Assembly: GCA_964016885.1 (NCBI GenBank)
Contig: OZ024741.1
Span: forward strand, 354,888,001-354,952,000
Direction of reading: 5' to 3'
DNA: 64,000 nucleotides
Origin: Eledone cirrhosa
Taxonomy: Eukaryota
Shown in pieces: positions 13,181 to 28,249 of this stretch. A model generated the notes under the pieces. That model did not search any database, had not been told where the DNA came from, and saw nothing but the letters and a program-made list of their open reading frames with translations. Position numbers and translations under genes: made by a program. Position 1 is the stretch's first letter, and each line of letters begins with the position of its first letter.

Positions 13181-13984
13181 ATCTATATATGTATGTATAT
13201 ATAAATTACACAATTATTAAAGTTATGTTCAAATCATTTAATTGCTGACAATCGTTTCTTCCAAACTTTCGGAGCATTAGCAATGTTTGTACATATAATT
13301 AACCTCCTATTCAACTGAACAATCATATAGATACATATATATTGATGTTGTGAACAACAGTTTAGTATTTACAGGGTGTAATGGATGCAACATATATTAT
13401 ACGAGAATTGTACAAAAATTCAAATTCAAATTCAAAGCACAGAGTGGAATACATGCGACAGATAATACAAGAGAATAGTCTAATAATTAAAGAGACATTG
13501 AGAAAGAATGAGGACACTAGCGTGTAGAAAGTGCACATGCGTTAGTCATATATATGAGCAGGAAACAAGCAAAGGTATTAGAGGCATATATAAATACTGT
13601 ATGGTAAAGGTATCACATAAAATACCAAGCAAATGTGTTAGTGTATTAAACATTATGGTGGATGTAATGTGATGATAGTTTCTGTAGTGTTCAAATGTGT
13701 ATGTGTTGAGAATATCAAAGTTATTGTTATCTTTTCCAGTACATATGTTAAATTATATTTTAGTTAATGTTTATATTGAATGTTTTTAGTTAGTTACAGC
13801 AATGGATTAGAGTTGTTCTACAGGTAGTTTTTCTAACGGTTTAATTTCCGTAGGTGAGTACGAGATCCAAGATTAAGGGGAGCTAACTAGCAAATTAAAT
13901 TAAATTATATAGGAAAGTATCAATTATTTAAATTCTTTGCTCTAATACACATTATATTGTGATACAAGTGAATCCTTTTTACAT

Positions 13985-14160
13985 AATTGTTTTTACTTTT
14001 GGCACAAGGCCAGCAATTACCCAGTGCATTACTGGTACTTTATTTTATCGACCCCGTAAAGATGAAAGGCAAAGTTAACCTCGGCGGGATTTGAACTCAG
14101 ACCATAAAGGGCCGTAACTCTTTGCTGCAAAGCATGGCGTCCGACCCTCTACCGATACTT
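13985..14160 (-). mobile_element. tRNA-derived SINE (Meta-SINE-like core); further copies at about 2260, 4085, 8000, 19260, 21180, 29196, 29364, 31585, 42524, 47635, 59700, 60003, 61199
   Basis: Shared core ggttaactttgcctttcatccttacggggtcgataaaataaagtacc, B-box gagttcaaatc, tail tgtgccaaaagtagaaacaattatt. Confidence 0.8.
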
Positions 14161-14240
14161 TTTACATAATGTTATATATTTATACTTAATTTTAAATGTA
14201 GTCTATTTTCCTATAATACATTAAAGGTCTCATTAGATTG

Positions 14241-14615
14241 TTTTTCAAATACCACTTTGGAAGAAGAATCAGGATGGAGAGAGAGGTGCTGTACCCCAGC
14301 AAGTTTTATGAAAGGTGGGTGAAAGTGGCGAGAATGGCCCGAGTGAATGGGCCTTCTCTCTATATCAGCCTGTAGGTTGAGGAAAAGGAGGAGGAGAGGA
14401 AAGGAGTACAAGCTCTTCGTACTCCTGGAGATGAGGGTTGCACATTTTTTTTCGGGGGTATGTGTTACCCATATAAACTGTCTCCCTCTATTGGGGAAAA
14501 TCGACTAACTTTTTAAATTCCATTTGTGATAACATTTTACACGTTTTTATTGTATGTAAACTTCCCCCTTTGTATTTGTCCCCTTCTTTTGTGCCCCTGT
14601 GGCTAATAAAGAAAT
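14241..14615 (+). mobile_element. Tx1/L1-like LINE 3' end
   Basis: Near-identical to 47930-48306; ends aataaagaaata followed by tatctatc. Confidence 0.8.
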
Positions 14616-14994
14616 ATATCTATCCATTACTGGACAAGGTATAAGTTATGGAAAAATGTATAGCTGTTTACATGTCCAATTAGTTAAATCTCTTGTGTTA
14701 ATAATATACATTATATTGTGTTAAAAGTTAATCCCTTATATACAATTTATATATTTAATTATAAATGTATATATAATTTATTATTACATATTACATTAAA
14801 TGTCTCTACATATTATATATCCATTACTGTATATAATATAAGTAAGCTATAGTAGTTATATTAAAAGGTGGAAACTTTGTTTATTTCTAATAGTTATTGT
14901 AGAGTATAAGGTTTGAGATAAATAGGAGTTGTGTAGAGGAAAGAGCTGATCAAAGAGCGTGATGCTGTGGGAACTGATAAGTCCTAGAGGTGAA

Positions 14995-15325
14995 GTAGGC
15001 CCCTCCAACCGAACATACTCCATCCTCCAACACCACCCTTTCTCTAATAAAGTTATGTTGGTACCACAACATCCAGTCCAAACTAATAAGATCGTGTAGG
15101 TGTCACGACAAAAAACACACAGTTCACGCTGTAATATGGTCGTGTAGGTAACACTGTAAAAAGTTCCGTCCACACTGTAAATCTGGTTGGTTTTAGGAAG
15201 GGCATCCAGCCATAGAAAACCTGCCAGATAGTCCTATACGAGCGAGACACGGTCACCCAACCAATCTTACCTCAAGTGGGATAACTCCCGCTTAACCCAT
15301 GCTAGCGTAGAAGATGATGATGATA
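14995..15325 (+). mobile_element. RTE 3' UTR fragment
   Basis: Homologous to 5770-6085 with (GAT)n tail. Confidence 0.8.
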
Positions 15326-15399
15326 TATATATGAGTGTCTGTGCGTCCATGTCTATTGTGTACTCATTTGTCAATAAGTGCATATATCACAAATAAGGA

Positions 15400-17506
<2,107 letters not shown>

Positions 17507-18289
17507 AATAATTCTCGGGAATTATCAGTGATTATAATCTATTATAGCTCGGTTTCTTATCTTAGACTCTGTTTACATAATTGGATTAAATCTAACATGT
17601 GCGTGGTAAAGTTAAAAATATTTCCCTCGACTTAACGATACCGGTGTCATATCAAAATAATATCCTGCTATATTTTAATACATTCAGAAAATTCTTGAAT
17701 TGTATTCAACCCATGGTAAATAACAACGTAATTTACATTATCCATCAAAATAACTACTAATGTGTCTCATGTAGTATGGTTGTACAGGGTCGCTGAATGT
17801 GCTAGAAATAGCAGTCAAATGGCCCTTCAATTATCACCCCCACATCTTATTAAATGAAAAACATTGGATATTGGTTATTACTGTCTAGATATACAAAATA
17901 TACTTGATGGTCATGGCTGGAATGTTTTTATAACAGAGTCTGGAATATTACATACTTAATATAAGTTAGGTTTATAAAATTTAAGTCACGCTTGAATTAT
18001 CTCACCTTGGCAGTAACCAATTAGTTAATTAGATCGATAATTAATCAATTTCCTTCTTTGTTTTTCTCTGTGATTAAGTTTTAGCCTTACTTTACGTTCC
18101 TGGAGTCAACGACACCATCAGAACTAGAAGTAACTCTTATAACTTTCAGATTCTCAAATATTCTAATATTTCACTTTTTTTAATCAACAAAGTGTGATAG
18201 AAATTTTAAACATTTTAAATCACAAAGAAATGTTTATATTAAATGTATTTAAAATACTTACTGGATGGTACCATTACATGATGATGATG

Positions 18290-19130
18290 ATGAGCGATCC
18301 CATCCTCACTGCTAAGGGCCAGGGACAATGGATAATTGCACCAATGTTGATGATTCTCCTCAGGAAAAAATAGTGACCATTACTCGGAAGCTGGCTCCCA
18401 AGCCACAGTTCATCCACCTTCATCACAAAAACGCAATTGTCTATTTTTCTGAAAAAAAGAATGGATGGGGCACCATCCATACATTAAAAAGTGTTCTGAT
18501 GCTGCCAGGTTTGCGCTACAACAAAATATATCCTACAAGGTATCCAACTTCCAACGCAGCTGATATATCAACAGTAAGAAAGCATTTTGATGCATTTCTG
18601 GATTCCCAGTTCAGGCCCATTACCTACTGGTACAAAAATTTGGAAAATGAACCCGTGTATTTTACAACCCAACAAGCCAGAGCAACATGAATGACAACTT
18701 TGCTAGCATATTTTTTTAACTTTGTAAAACTGACAGCTCTACTATATGGACAACACCTTACTACTCCTTTGATAAATAGAGAGGAGAATGGAACCAGTGA
18801 AAATGAGGAAGACCAGTAGAAAACCATTTTGAAATTCATAAAGCAGCAACACAGGTAGGATTTAGATCCAGGACAGCATGAAACTTTAGGATTGATTAAT
18901 AAAGATAGAGGCCCTCAAGGCTTTAATGAACTTAAAATTAATGGTGCTGTTTGTAACAAGAGGCCTGCTGGAAGATGGCAATCAATGGGATGCAACACTT
19001 GCAGAGGTGTCTCTGTCTCGGACAGCCAAAAGTATTTGCGCAGTAATGTATCAATTCGAAATGGAAAGATGCTCTAGATGAGCCAAGAGTTGAATAAGAA
19101 GAAAATTTTGGTGGCTAAGCATTCAACTTT
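18290..19130 (+). mobile_element. Possible decayed LINE ORF1-like fragment
   Basis: Slightly GC-richer broken ORFs (18328-18690, 18892-19077), with an L.I.G..C..R.AG....C..C pattern reminiscent of L1/Tx1 ORF1; no clear catalytic motif. Confidence 0.3.
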
Positions 19131-19907
19131 TTCAATAGAAGTTAACACTTCAAATTTATTAGAAAGAGGAGGAATTGAGGACTTACACCTATTCAACACT
19201 CAGTTACATAATCACCAGTAGTTAGGCGAGCCAAACTTTTGAGAAGCAATACGGTCACTCATTTTGTTGGCAAATAAAGGCTTGACCTTGGTGGAATTTG
19301 AACTCAGAACAAATACTGTAATGGCATTTTAGCAGATAGTCTACCAATTCTGCCAATCCATTGCACAAGAAATTAATAAATTAACTGCTTAATTTTTAGC
19401 ACGTTGGAGGCAACAAAATGCACTATTGAGTAATCTCCCCTTAATAGATAATGCACTGTCTAGGGAAATGACTCATAAAAAATTACTAGCGTGCTAAAGG
19501 TTAAATAGCGATGGAACAGGTTCAAACAGCTTCATTCAATGACTTAAAATGTGTTGAATTTACTTCAATCCTAAAATACACTAATGACCTTATTTTCAGT
19601 TTTACACACACACATGCAGACAGATTGACAAATATTGTTGTTTAGCCCCAAATTAGCCATGATTGAGTAAACCAATGATCTAAGTCATTCCAGCCATGAC
19701 CATCCTGATTTTTTAGAGTTATCTAGGATATCATCGAATATGTCTTTTACTTAAGCTAGTAGGATATAAGTGGAGACAGATTTGGCTGTGTTTGCTAAAT
19801 GTTAAAAGAATCATCACAAAACATTGTAAGATCTGTTTAACTCATGTCAGCATGGAAAACGTGTAAAATGATGATGATGATGATATATAATTTTTATCTT
19901 TGTTTAG

Positions 19908-20051
19908 GTTTATTGGACCATGTCACTGTTCTGATAGGAATCTCGGTAAATGGCAGTGCTGTTGGTGGTGTGGTTTACCAGCCCTACTTCAACTACCAGT
20001 CCAAGATACCATCAGATATGGGAAGATGTGTCTATGGAGTTGTTGGTATTG
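19908..20051 (+). CDS. BPNT1: BPNT1 coding exon: (G)LLDHVTVLIGISVNGSAVGGVVYQPYFNYQSKIPSDMGRCVYGVVGI(G)
   Basis: tttAG/GTaagt, phase 1/1; matches BPNT1 LLDNVTVLIGI...QPYYNY. Confidence 0.95.
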
Positions 20052-20866
20052 GTAAGTATTTCAACAGCAGAATTAAAAAAAACCCTTTTGATATCAAATC
20101 TTCTGAAACTGCTCCTGGTTCTACAACACAAGACTATTTATCATTTCTTTCATGTCCACTTTTCCAGGCTAGCATAGTTTGAACAGAATGTTTTACAGCT
20201 GGATGCCCTTCCTGACACCAATCCTTTTATGACATGCAGGATTATGGTGTACCTATCATAATTTTCTGTAAGAATCTTTATTATGATTCTTACAGAAAGT
20301 TGTTCCATGGTTTGGATTTCATAGCACTGAACTGCACCTTCAGCAAATAACATATACTATCGCACTGGCTCAAGTGGAATTTTGTACATGGAAACTATAC
20401 TGAACCTCATTATGTATGAAATATTTTGTCTAAACTCAATCAAAAGCTTCATTTAACCCTTTAGCATTTACATTACTCTATATTTACCTCACATAATATC
20501 GAAATTATTTAATTTGAGAACAATACCTTAACATCAGTATGAGTGGCTAGTTACAACCGATTTAAACAGAAAGAGAATTCTGGCCAGATATGGCCAGTTT
20601 AAATAAAAATGCTACAGAAACAACAAACATCTTTAATTTTTGGCCATGTGCTACACAAGTCCACGAGAGGGGAGCAGTGGAAGGTAGCCCTGTCAAAACC
20701 TGGAAGCAGGCCATATGCACAAAAGGAACTAAAGACAAAATTGTTTAGTTATTGAAGGTTAAGCTTTCAAATTAGTTTTCTTATAGTTGGTCCTTTCTGT
20801 TTTTACCTTTTTCAATAAGTATTACAAACCAGTCCCTCTTTGTACAGTTTGCTCTTTCTTTGGCAG

Positions 20867-21012
20867 GCACATTTGGTCTGGATGCCAAACCAGCACCAGC
20901 TAATGAGAACATTATCACCACCACAAGGTCACATTCAGACCCAAAAGTAACAGCTGCTGTGAGTGCATGTGAACCAACAGAAGTGATCAGAGTAGGTGGG
21001 GCTGGCCATAAG
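20867..21012 (+). CDS. BPNT1: BPNT1 coding exon: (G)TFGLDAKPAPANENIITTTRSHSDPKVTAAVSACEPTEVIRVGGAGHK
   Basis: ggcAG/GTaggc, phase 1/0; TTTRSH and RVGGAG.K motifs. Confidence 0.95.
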
Positions 21013-21287
21013 GTAGGCATTCATGTTTGTTTATTTAATCCTAAAACAAAGATAAAGTATCCTTAACTTTTGATGGAATTGTAAGGGTGCTGTCCTGATA
21101 CAGAATATCTTAGGCATTTTAAACCTGGAAGAGCCCACAGCCGACCCTTCCAGTGAAGGACTGTAACTTATCAACCTCAAAAGAATGAAAGGCAAAGTTG
21201 GCTTTGATGAGAACTCAGCACAGTCAACTGTAACAAATACTTCGCAGAAAGCTATCTGTACTCTAGATGATTTTATTTCTTTTCTAG

Positions 21288-21545
21288 GTGCTGCTTGTAT
21301 GTGAAGGCACAGCACATGCATATGTGTTTGCTAGCAAAGGGTGCAAGAAATGGGACACATGTGGTCCTGAAGCTGTACTTTGTGCCCTTGGCGGGAGTCT
21401 CACTGATCTCCATGGTAACCAAATAAAATATCAACTGAATGTGCCACGCCCCAACTTATCTGGAGTGGTAGCAACACTTAACAACCATAGCTGGTATATT
21501 AACAAGATACCTGATGATGTCAAGGCAGCTTTTCCTGCAAATTGA
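21288..21545 (+). CDS. BPNT1: BPNT1 last coding exon: VLLVCEGTAHAYVFASKGCKKWDTCGPEA...FPAN*
   Basis: ttctAG acceptor, GCKKWDTC motif, TGA stop; AATAAA signals at about 21659-21714. Confidence 0.95.
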   Translation: MLLVCEGTAHAYVFASKGCKKWDTCGPEAVLCALGGSLTDLHGNQIKYQLNVPRPNLSGVVATLNNHSWYINKIPDDVKAAFPAN

Positions 21546-21560
21546 TTGTACAGAAATTAC

Positions 21561-21593
<33 letters not shown>

Positions 21594-22227
21594 AAAATAT
21601 CAAATATTTGGTATTTTATTAAATATTAGATACATTCCATGGACACTTATGTAAAGAAAATAAAAATTTTAAATCACAGACGCTGTAATTTAAAAAATAA
21701 ATGGATACAATAAACAATTTCTTCAGTTAAATAATGTACAAAGCTATAGAAAAAAATACGAAAATATGGCTATGTTGAAAAGTAAAAAAGGATGAAAGGC
21801 ACTGGCCCAAATAAAATTTTCCTTCTCAGGACACTTATTTTTACCAACACAAACCACCACTTAGTCTCCACAAATTCAAATAATTATCTGAACACATCCT
21901 ACTGGGGTTTGTGCAGTAATCCTTAGAAAATGTGTAGAAAAGCCTAAACGTTCAGCTATACAAGAGAAAGCAGCAGAGATCTGTTTAGAATGGGTATACA
22001 TATACCTACATGTGGTAAAGGGCAACTAAAAAGGTTGGCACCAGGAAGGTCATTTGGCTGTAAAACACTGCATAATAAATAAAGCACCCCATGATGAGCA
22101 TGAAGCTTACAACTGCCTAGCAAAAAGTAAAATGGCTTTATAAAACTTGTATCAAATAGTGTTATTGCTGAGAGATATGGCCTATATATAATATTCATGG
22201 ATATACATTCATATCCCTAAAAATCAC

Positions 22228-23090
22228 GAGGGTGGGTTGAATAGTTCATAGGCTATGAAGGAGTGATGCTAGAGCTGTGAAATTTTGCATGCATTAATTT
22301 TAACTCATTGTTTCTGACCAGGTAAACTGACATCTGACTGTTCAAAGACGTCAAAACTAGTAGAAACTTCTCTTGAAAATAGACAAAATTTGGCATCGTG
22401 GTGTTATCAAGTATATGCAAAAAAAAAGGGTTTAGCCCCCAAAGGTATTCATGCTGACATGGTTGCTACATTACAAGATGACACTAGGTTTATCAACAGT
22501 GCAAAAGTGGGCAGAGGAAGGGGAGTCTTGAAGATGACCATGGTCAGGATGTCCTGCAATTACCACCAAGAAAAACATTGATCATGTTCACATAGTGAGG
22601 GACGACAGGCAATTGACTATATAAATCAAATAGCCAATGTTATTAGCATATCTGAGAGTTGAGAATATTCTGCACAACAAAGGTTTCTGCTCAGTGGGGG
22701 ACATGTTTTCTGACACCTGATCACATCACAGGCAAAATCTGACATTGTTTGAGGCAGATCCAGTTTTCTTGAACGTTTCTTAACCCACGATAAGTATTGG
22801 GTCAATCACTTTGAGTCTGAGATAAAGAGACAATCCATGAAGTGGAAACACTCCTAACCTGCCCCCAAAGAAGGCCAGGTGATGGCCTCAGTTTTTTGGA
22901 TGCAAAAGGCATTGATTATTGACTATCTTTGAAAGGATGAAAGCTTCTTCCCCAATGGGATCCAAGCACAACACCACCAATGGAAGAAGTGAGTGGACTT
23001 CAAGGGGGGCTATGTTGAAACTAAACTCCATTTGGTCACATTCTATGAGAGTATCTTGGTCAGTCTATGAACTCTTCAGCTGACCCTGTA
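22228..23090 (+). mobile_element. Internally deleted, decayed mariner transposon
   Basis: Imperfect TIRs (cgagggtgggttgaatagttcatag / ctatgaactcttcagctgaccctg); same family as 61466-62722. Confidence 0.8.
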
Positions 23091-23369
23091 TTATAAGATC
23101 ACAATTTACCGAGACATGTGGAAATGTTGCTGTTTCAAGTTACAGAATGCAGTAAAATAATTTCATCGAAGAAAGTCTCGTTGCAGGTACTAAGACTGCC
23201 AACCAGCCTTAAGTTTAGTGCTGAGCAACATTCTAGTTTATTTCGACTAGTCACAAGTTTCATATTTTAGTTAACTCTTGATACTGACCCACTTATGAAA
23301 CAATACTTCCAGTTTTAAAGTATTCATATTTATTTAAAAGCCATTATGCCTCAAACACCAGACAATCTT

Positions 23370-23668
23370 CCCGTTCTGTTAGGAGTAGGCCCCTCATATG
23401 TGACACCTTCTCTAGTGGCTACCTGCCAGACCGAAGAGGGCAAACTGTCCATGTATCAGTCACTCTGATAGGTTTGTGATACAGCCTATAGTAGTGGAGA
23501 CTTCCAGAGTTCTTGGCCCCTGAACCATATCCTTACTCACTGCTTTTGAAGTGGAGTTGGCTGCCCATAAGTGTGAGGTTGAGCGGCTGTTCAAGCGCAT
23601 CACCTTCACCATCCTACGGGGTAATGTATTCGTCATCCTGTCAGCTGAGGATAAATTACGGACGTCAC
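23370..23668 (-). mobile_element. Probable non-LTR retrotransposon 5' UTR remnant
   Basis: GC-richer island in AT-rich DNA, beginning with an HDV-ribozyme-like fold; family not determined. Confidence 0.35.
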
Positions 23669-24437
23669 ACATACACATAATAAAAAGAAAGAAAAATTCT
23701 CTGAGGAAATTATTTGACTAGATCTTTCCCAATTTTTTTTATTATTTCCGAAATTAATTTAAATACATGGATAATGTGTATTTCATACAAAATATCACGG
23801 AGAAATGGAAAGTTGTAATATACATGATTTTTTTTTTTCAAGAGCAGTGAAGTTAAATGGTTTGAACTTGAGAGCTCATGGCACTTGGTACAATGAGTAA
23901 TACATTATATGGAGTCACTGACAAACCAATTCAACACAGCATGGCTAGATTTTCAAACCCCTGTCACACATTTTTTAAAGAAATATGTAGATGAAAGCTG
24001 TAAATTGTTGAAGCTTTGTAGGTTTCAATAATTAGTGTTCTAGTTGTTTGATTAACAAAACAGCCTACTCATGAAATTCACATGCAAATGGGTGAGCATT
24101 CTATATACATGCATCCCTGAATGTAATTATGAAGGAGATTCAGCATGACAGTGTGACAAAGCTGGCCCTTTGTATTACAGGTACAATTCATTTTTCCAGC
24201 TGAGCTGACTAGAGCAATGTGAAATAAAGTGTCTTTCTCAAGGACATGCCACCTGGTGTGGGAATCAAACTCACAACTTTATGATTGTGAGTTATGCACC
24301 TTCACATAGCTTCACTTGTGAATAGAACTAAATATCCTCAAAGATATCAAGAGAAATATACAAAGTTCAAAATAGAAAAAAATAGGGCTGTATTAGAGAT
24401 AGATAAAAAAAAAATACGTTATCATTAGGACAAATAC

Positions 24438-24473
<36 letters not shown>

Positions 24474-25041
24474 ACATCTGGAACCATAATTTTTTTTTCA
24501 AAACAACAAAACAGGATGAAGATAATGATGATGGTAGCACTTGATACACTTTGGTATGTGCAACAGGAAATAGAATCATTTGGAGAATATATCACAGATT
24601 TCTTATATTTGTCACTAAATATCTGAAAAAGAAAAAAACTATAGAAATGATTTGGCACAAAACTTCAAATTTGTAAAGAGATTGAATTAAATAAAATCAA
24701 AGCCTCAAATTTATTTTATTAACCCCAGTTCAAATATAGAAAGATGAAGCTAAATATTGTAAAATCATTTCATTACCATATTTTTAATGAAATACATGAA
24801 TATAGTTTTCAAATAATTTTGAAAAGTAATCAAGAATTTTGAGGCATTTAGTAATATAACTTTCTCATGTTTAAGCTGGTGTATGGAGCATAAACGTTCT
24901 TACACAAAATTATGGAAGGTTTTGATAAATATAAACAGCAGTTTCAGGCAGTTTAATATGAAAATGGTTGAATAGTCCAATCAATGTATTTGTTAGAATG
25001 ATAATATTTTAGCTTTTGATCAGTGTTAAACCATTCATTAA

Positions 25042-25251
25042 CCCTTTAGCATTCACATTACTCTATATATACTATTATATTTTCATGGTAAAGGCTTTAC
25101 CTCGCATAATTATCTCTCATAATATCGAATCTATGAGATTTTGAAAGTATTTATTTTGAGAACAATACCTTAACATCAGTTTGGGCGACCAGTTACAGCC
25201 AGTTTCAACAGAAAGAGGTAGAGAATTCTGGCCGGTTTGAACATTATAGGG
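25042..25251. mobile_element. piggyBac-type MITE (related copies 49581-49781 and ~20457-20610)
   Basis: TTAA on both sides, CCCT...AGGG termini. Confidence 0.7.
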
Positions 25252-26399
25252 TTAAGAAACTAGTGACATTGAGTTCAGCAATAATCAACAAGAATATCAT
25301 TGTAGATCCAGGCATGATCATATGATTAAAAAGTTTGCTTTGGAACCATGTGGTTTCAAGCTCCATCCACTGCGTGACATTTCTATAGTCATAAAAATTT
25401 CATCCAAGATTTCGAACAGATCTACAGCACACACTGAGCAGAAAAGTGATCTACATATATTTTTCCAGACATACCATGAGGATCATAATTCCCTTGACAA
25501 GCAATGTTGTAGATTGGACATATTTCTCTATGTCTAGATTCTGTTGTGGTGGTCACAGCAGAGGTAAAGTGGAATCAAATAGAATTCAACAGTTGCTCAA
25601 AGTATATGCAAAATAGCAGCCAAATCTCACTGTAGCCTCTTAAATGTATAGATAGATGGGAAGGAATGGACCTCCGCCAGTTTCAACAATGAGTGCTCCA
25701 GTCATTCAATCATTTCCAGGTAGAGTCCATCACATGGGCTTCCAAACAGTTTCCATCTACCCAATTTCACTCACAAGGCATAGTGTCAAATTAGACAAAA
25801 TGATACTCACTATTGTGGAAAATGAGCAAATTTAGTGTGGATGAAAAACAGTTTGTAAGGGCTGTACTGGCCATGAATGAGAATGTTAAATTAAATTGAA
25901 GATTAGCAGCTACTTCAGTGAGGAATTTCTTGTATAGTTGGGTTTTCTTAATACTTTTATTCTATCCTTGAGACATTCATGACCTACTTTATCCATGGCA
26001 AATTTCTACAACTGGATGGCCTTCCTCACTCCAATCCATACTTTTCAGCATGGTAGAGATTCACTGACAGTGTTTTGGAGGCAAAGACATATACAAACAC
26101 ACATACAAACAAGAGGTTTTCAGAGTTGCCATCTACCAATATCACTCAGAAGGCATTGGTTGAACCAAAGCTATAGCACTTGCCAAAGGTGCCATGAAGC
26201 AGGACAGGACTCAAAACTATGCACTTTAGAAATGAACATCTAAACACAGCCATGACTCCTCAATAAATTGAAGAAAACAATGAGTAATGAAGCCCTACCA
26301 ATCAATATTGGACAACAAACAAAAGGTATTGTTAAAGAAAGAGGAATAGTATTACCATTTCATTTGATGGTAACATGAAGTTCTTAGAAATTACCTTTG

Positions 26400-26535
26400 T
26401 CAATGGTTTGCCTTAAATCTCAAAAAGTATGCACAACACTTTTTTTTCCTGAGCATGTATCGTCGTGCTATTATCGATCTTTTGTCCTTGAATGTCGTCC
26501 TTTTTGTGGAACAGGATTGTTGGTTGGGACAGTCT
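26400..26535 (-). CDS. TRAF-type zinc-finger microprotein, exon 3: (R)DCPNQQSCSTKRTTFKDKRSIIARRYMLRKKKCCAYFLRFKANH*
   Basis: ttcttttAG acceptor, phase 2 matches exon 2 and completes the finger (H-x3-C); TGA at 26402-26400; donor AAG/GTaa 5 nt later. Confidence 0.68.
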
Positions 26536-27303
26536 CTAAAAGAACGTAAAAAAAATAAAAATAAAAAAGGACACGTTTCCATGAAAGAATTTAAATATAA
26601 TTCGAGTTTAAAGATTACTCAAATCTTTTTTGTTACCATATTTCTAATGAAAGATACTATGATTTTCAAATAATTTTGAAAATAAGAATTTGGAGGGGTT
26701 CAGTAATATACTAACTTTAACATTAAGCTGGTGTTTGAAATATTAAAAGTTCTTAGAATTATGTTGGAAAGTTTTTAGATAAATATAAACACTTTTTAAA
26801 AATCTATTTCTATTATTGAAATGGGACAGTTTAAGGTGATTTGGTACAAAATAGTGTAAATATTAAAAAATTTCATAAAACATTTCAAATGCCACCTTCC
26901 CTGCTAAAGCAGAGGATAGCTTTGCAAGCCTTATAACAAGCTTCATAACCATCATGGAGTCCTTTGGGGGGCAATCTTTTACAGCTGGATGCCTTTCCTG
27001 GTGCCAACCCATTTAGTTACCTCATGCGACATAGTTTGTTGAGTTGCTAAATTGAGCAGTTCAAGTTATCTTGTTTGTTAATCTGAATTTTGGTTAAAAA
27101 GAGTCAATAACCATGTTCCCTTTGTATACACCAGACCATTCAGTTATTCCTGTAATAAACTAGTTTATACATTGGATATGAGATTATGAAGGATGGAGTA
27201 GAAACCAAATGACTGGGATCACTGAAAACTCTGTATTAATGCCTAATTAGATCATCACATGGACAACGATAAAACATTCAATCCAGTCAGAAGTAAGACT
27301 TAC

Positions 27304-27417
27304 CTCAAGTGCTGTTCTTTATCCCAGTTCCACATCTCATAGTTACATCCTATGTTAGGACATTCTACAATCCCAAGATACTTCTGTATTTCAATATTAT
27401 CGTCAGGAATAATAGGT
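27304..27417 (-). CDS. TRAF-type zinc-finger microprotein, exon 2: (R)PIIPDDNIEIQKYLGIVECPNIGCNYEMWNWDKEQHL(R)
   Basis: gttttAG acceptor, GAG/GTaagt donor, 114 nt open, phase 2/2; CPNxGC...H motif. Confidence 0.78.
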
Positions 27418-28249
27418 CTAAAACAGTAAGCAGGAAGGTTTAACTCTTAACACTGTAATGATTTAGCAGAAAATATCTAAAAAAACACAGGTTTATAGTA
27501 TATTTAGTAATGGGCAGATTTTGAAACTTTGCAGTAAACTAGAGTAAAGACTTTCATTTTTAATGTGGTGCAATCATAAATGGTGTTCTGTACTTTTCAT
27601 GAATATCTTAACGATTGAAGAGGTGTACTTAACATTTAAACAGTATCAAAATTTTCCACAACTGTAACTTTATTCTATACAAGGAGATTAATATTACTAG
27701 TTTTTCATACAACACCAGCAAATTTTTTTTCCATCAACAAATATGTAAAAAAAAAATTTTAAAAAAATGAAACTCACTTTGTTTCAGGAAACTGATTAGT
27801 TTGGCTACATAATGGACATGCCATAATCCGAAGACTATCATCTTTATTATAAAGACAGTCAACACAAAATTTGTGTTGACATTTTCCATAGACCATCTTC
27901 AGTTTTGGACACAAACACACCATGCAATTGAATCTGTGATGAAAAAATAAAAACGTAAAACTTTAAAGAAACATTAAAATCAGTAATCTTCCACCATCAT
28001 TTTACTCCGTTTTTCCATACTCGCAGGTGTTGGACAGGTAATTACAGTACTTAATCGGAGCTATAGTCATCATAGATGGGCCAGAATGTTGAAAATACAT
28101 GTCAATGGATAAAAAGAGTAAGATTTTTTTTTAAAATCATACAGAATTTGGTGAAAAATCACAGACCATATCCGATTATTCGTATACATCGTAAATATTT
28201 ACGTAACTTATGTACTGAGTTCATATCTGGCCAAGGTTTAATCTTACCT

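Noticed and set aside
21565-21591. A27 tract just after the BPNT1 stop, suggesting a retrocopy
   Set aside because: The gene has canonical introns; the tract is genomic and AATAAA signals lie downstream (it may cause oligo-dT internal priming)
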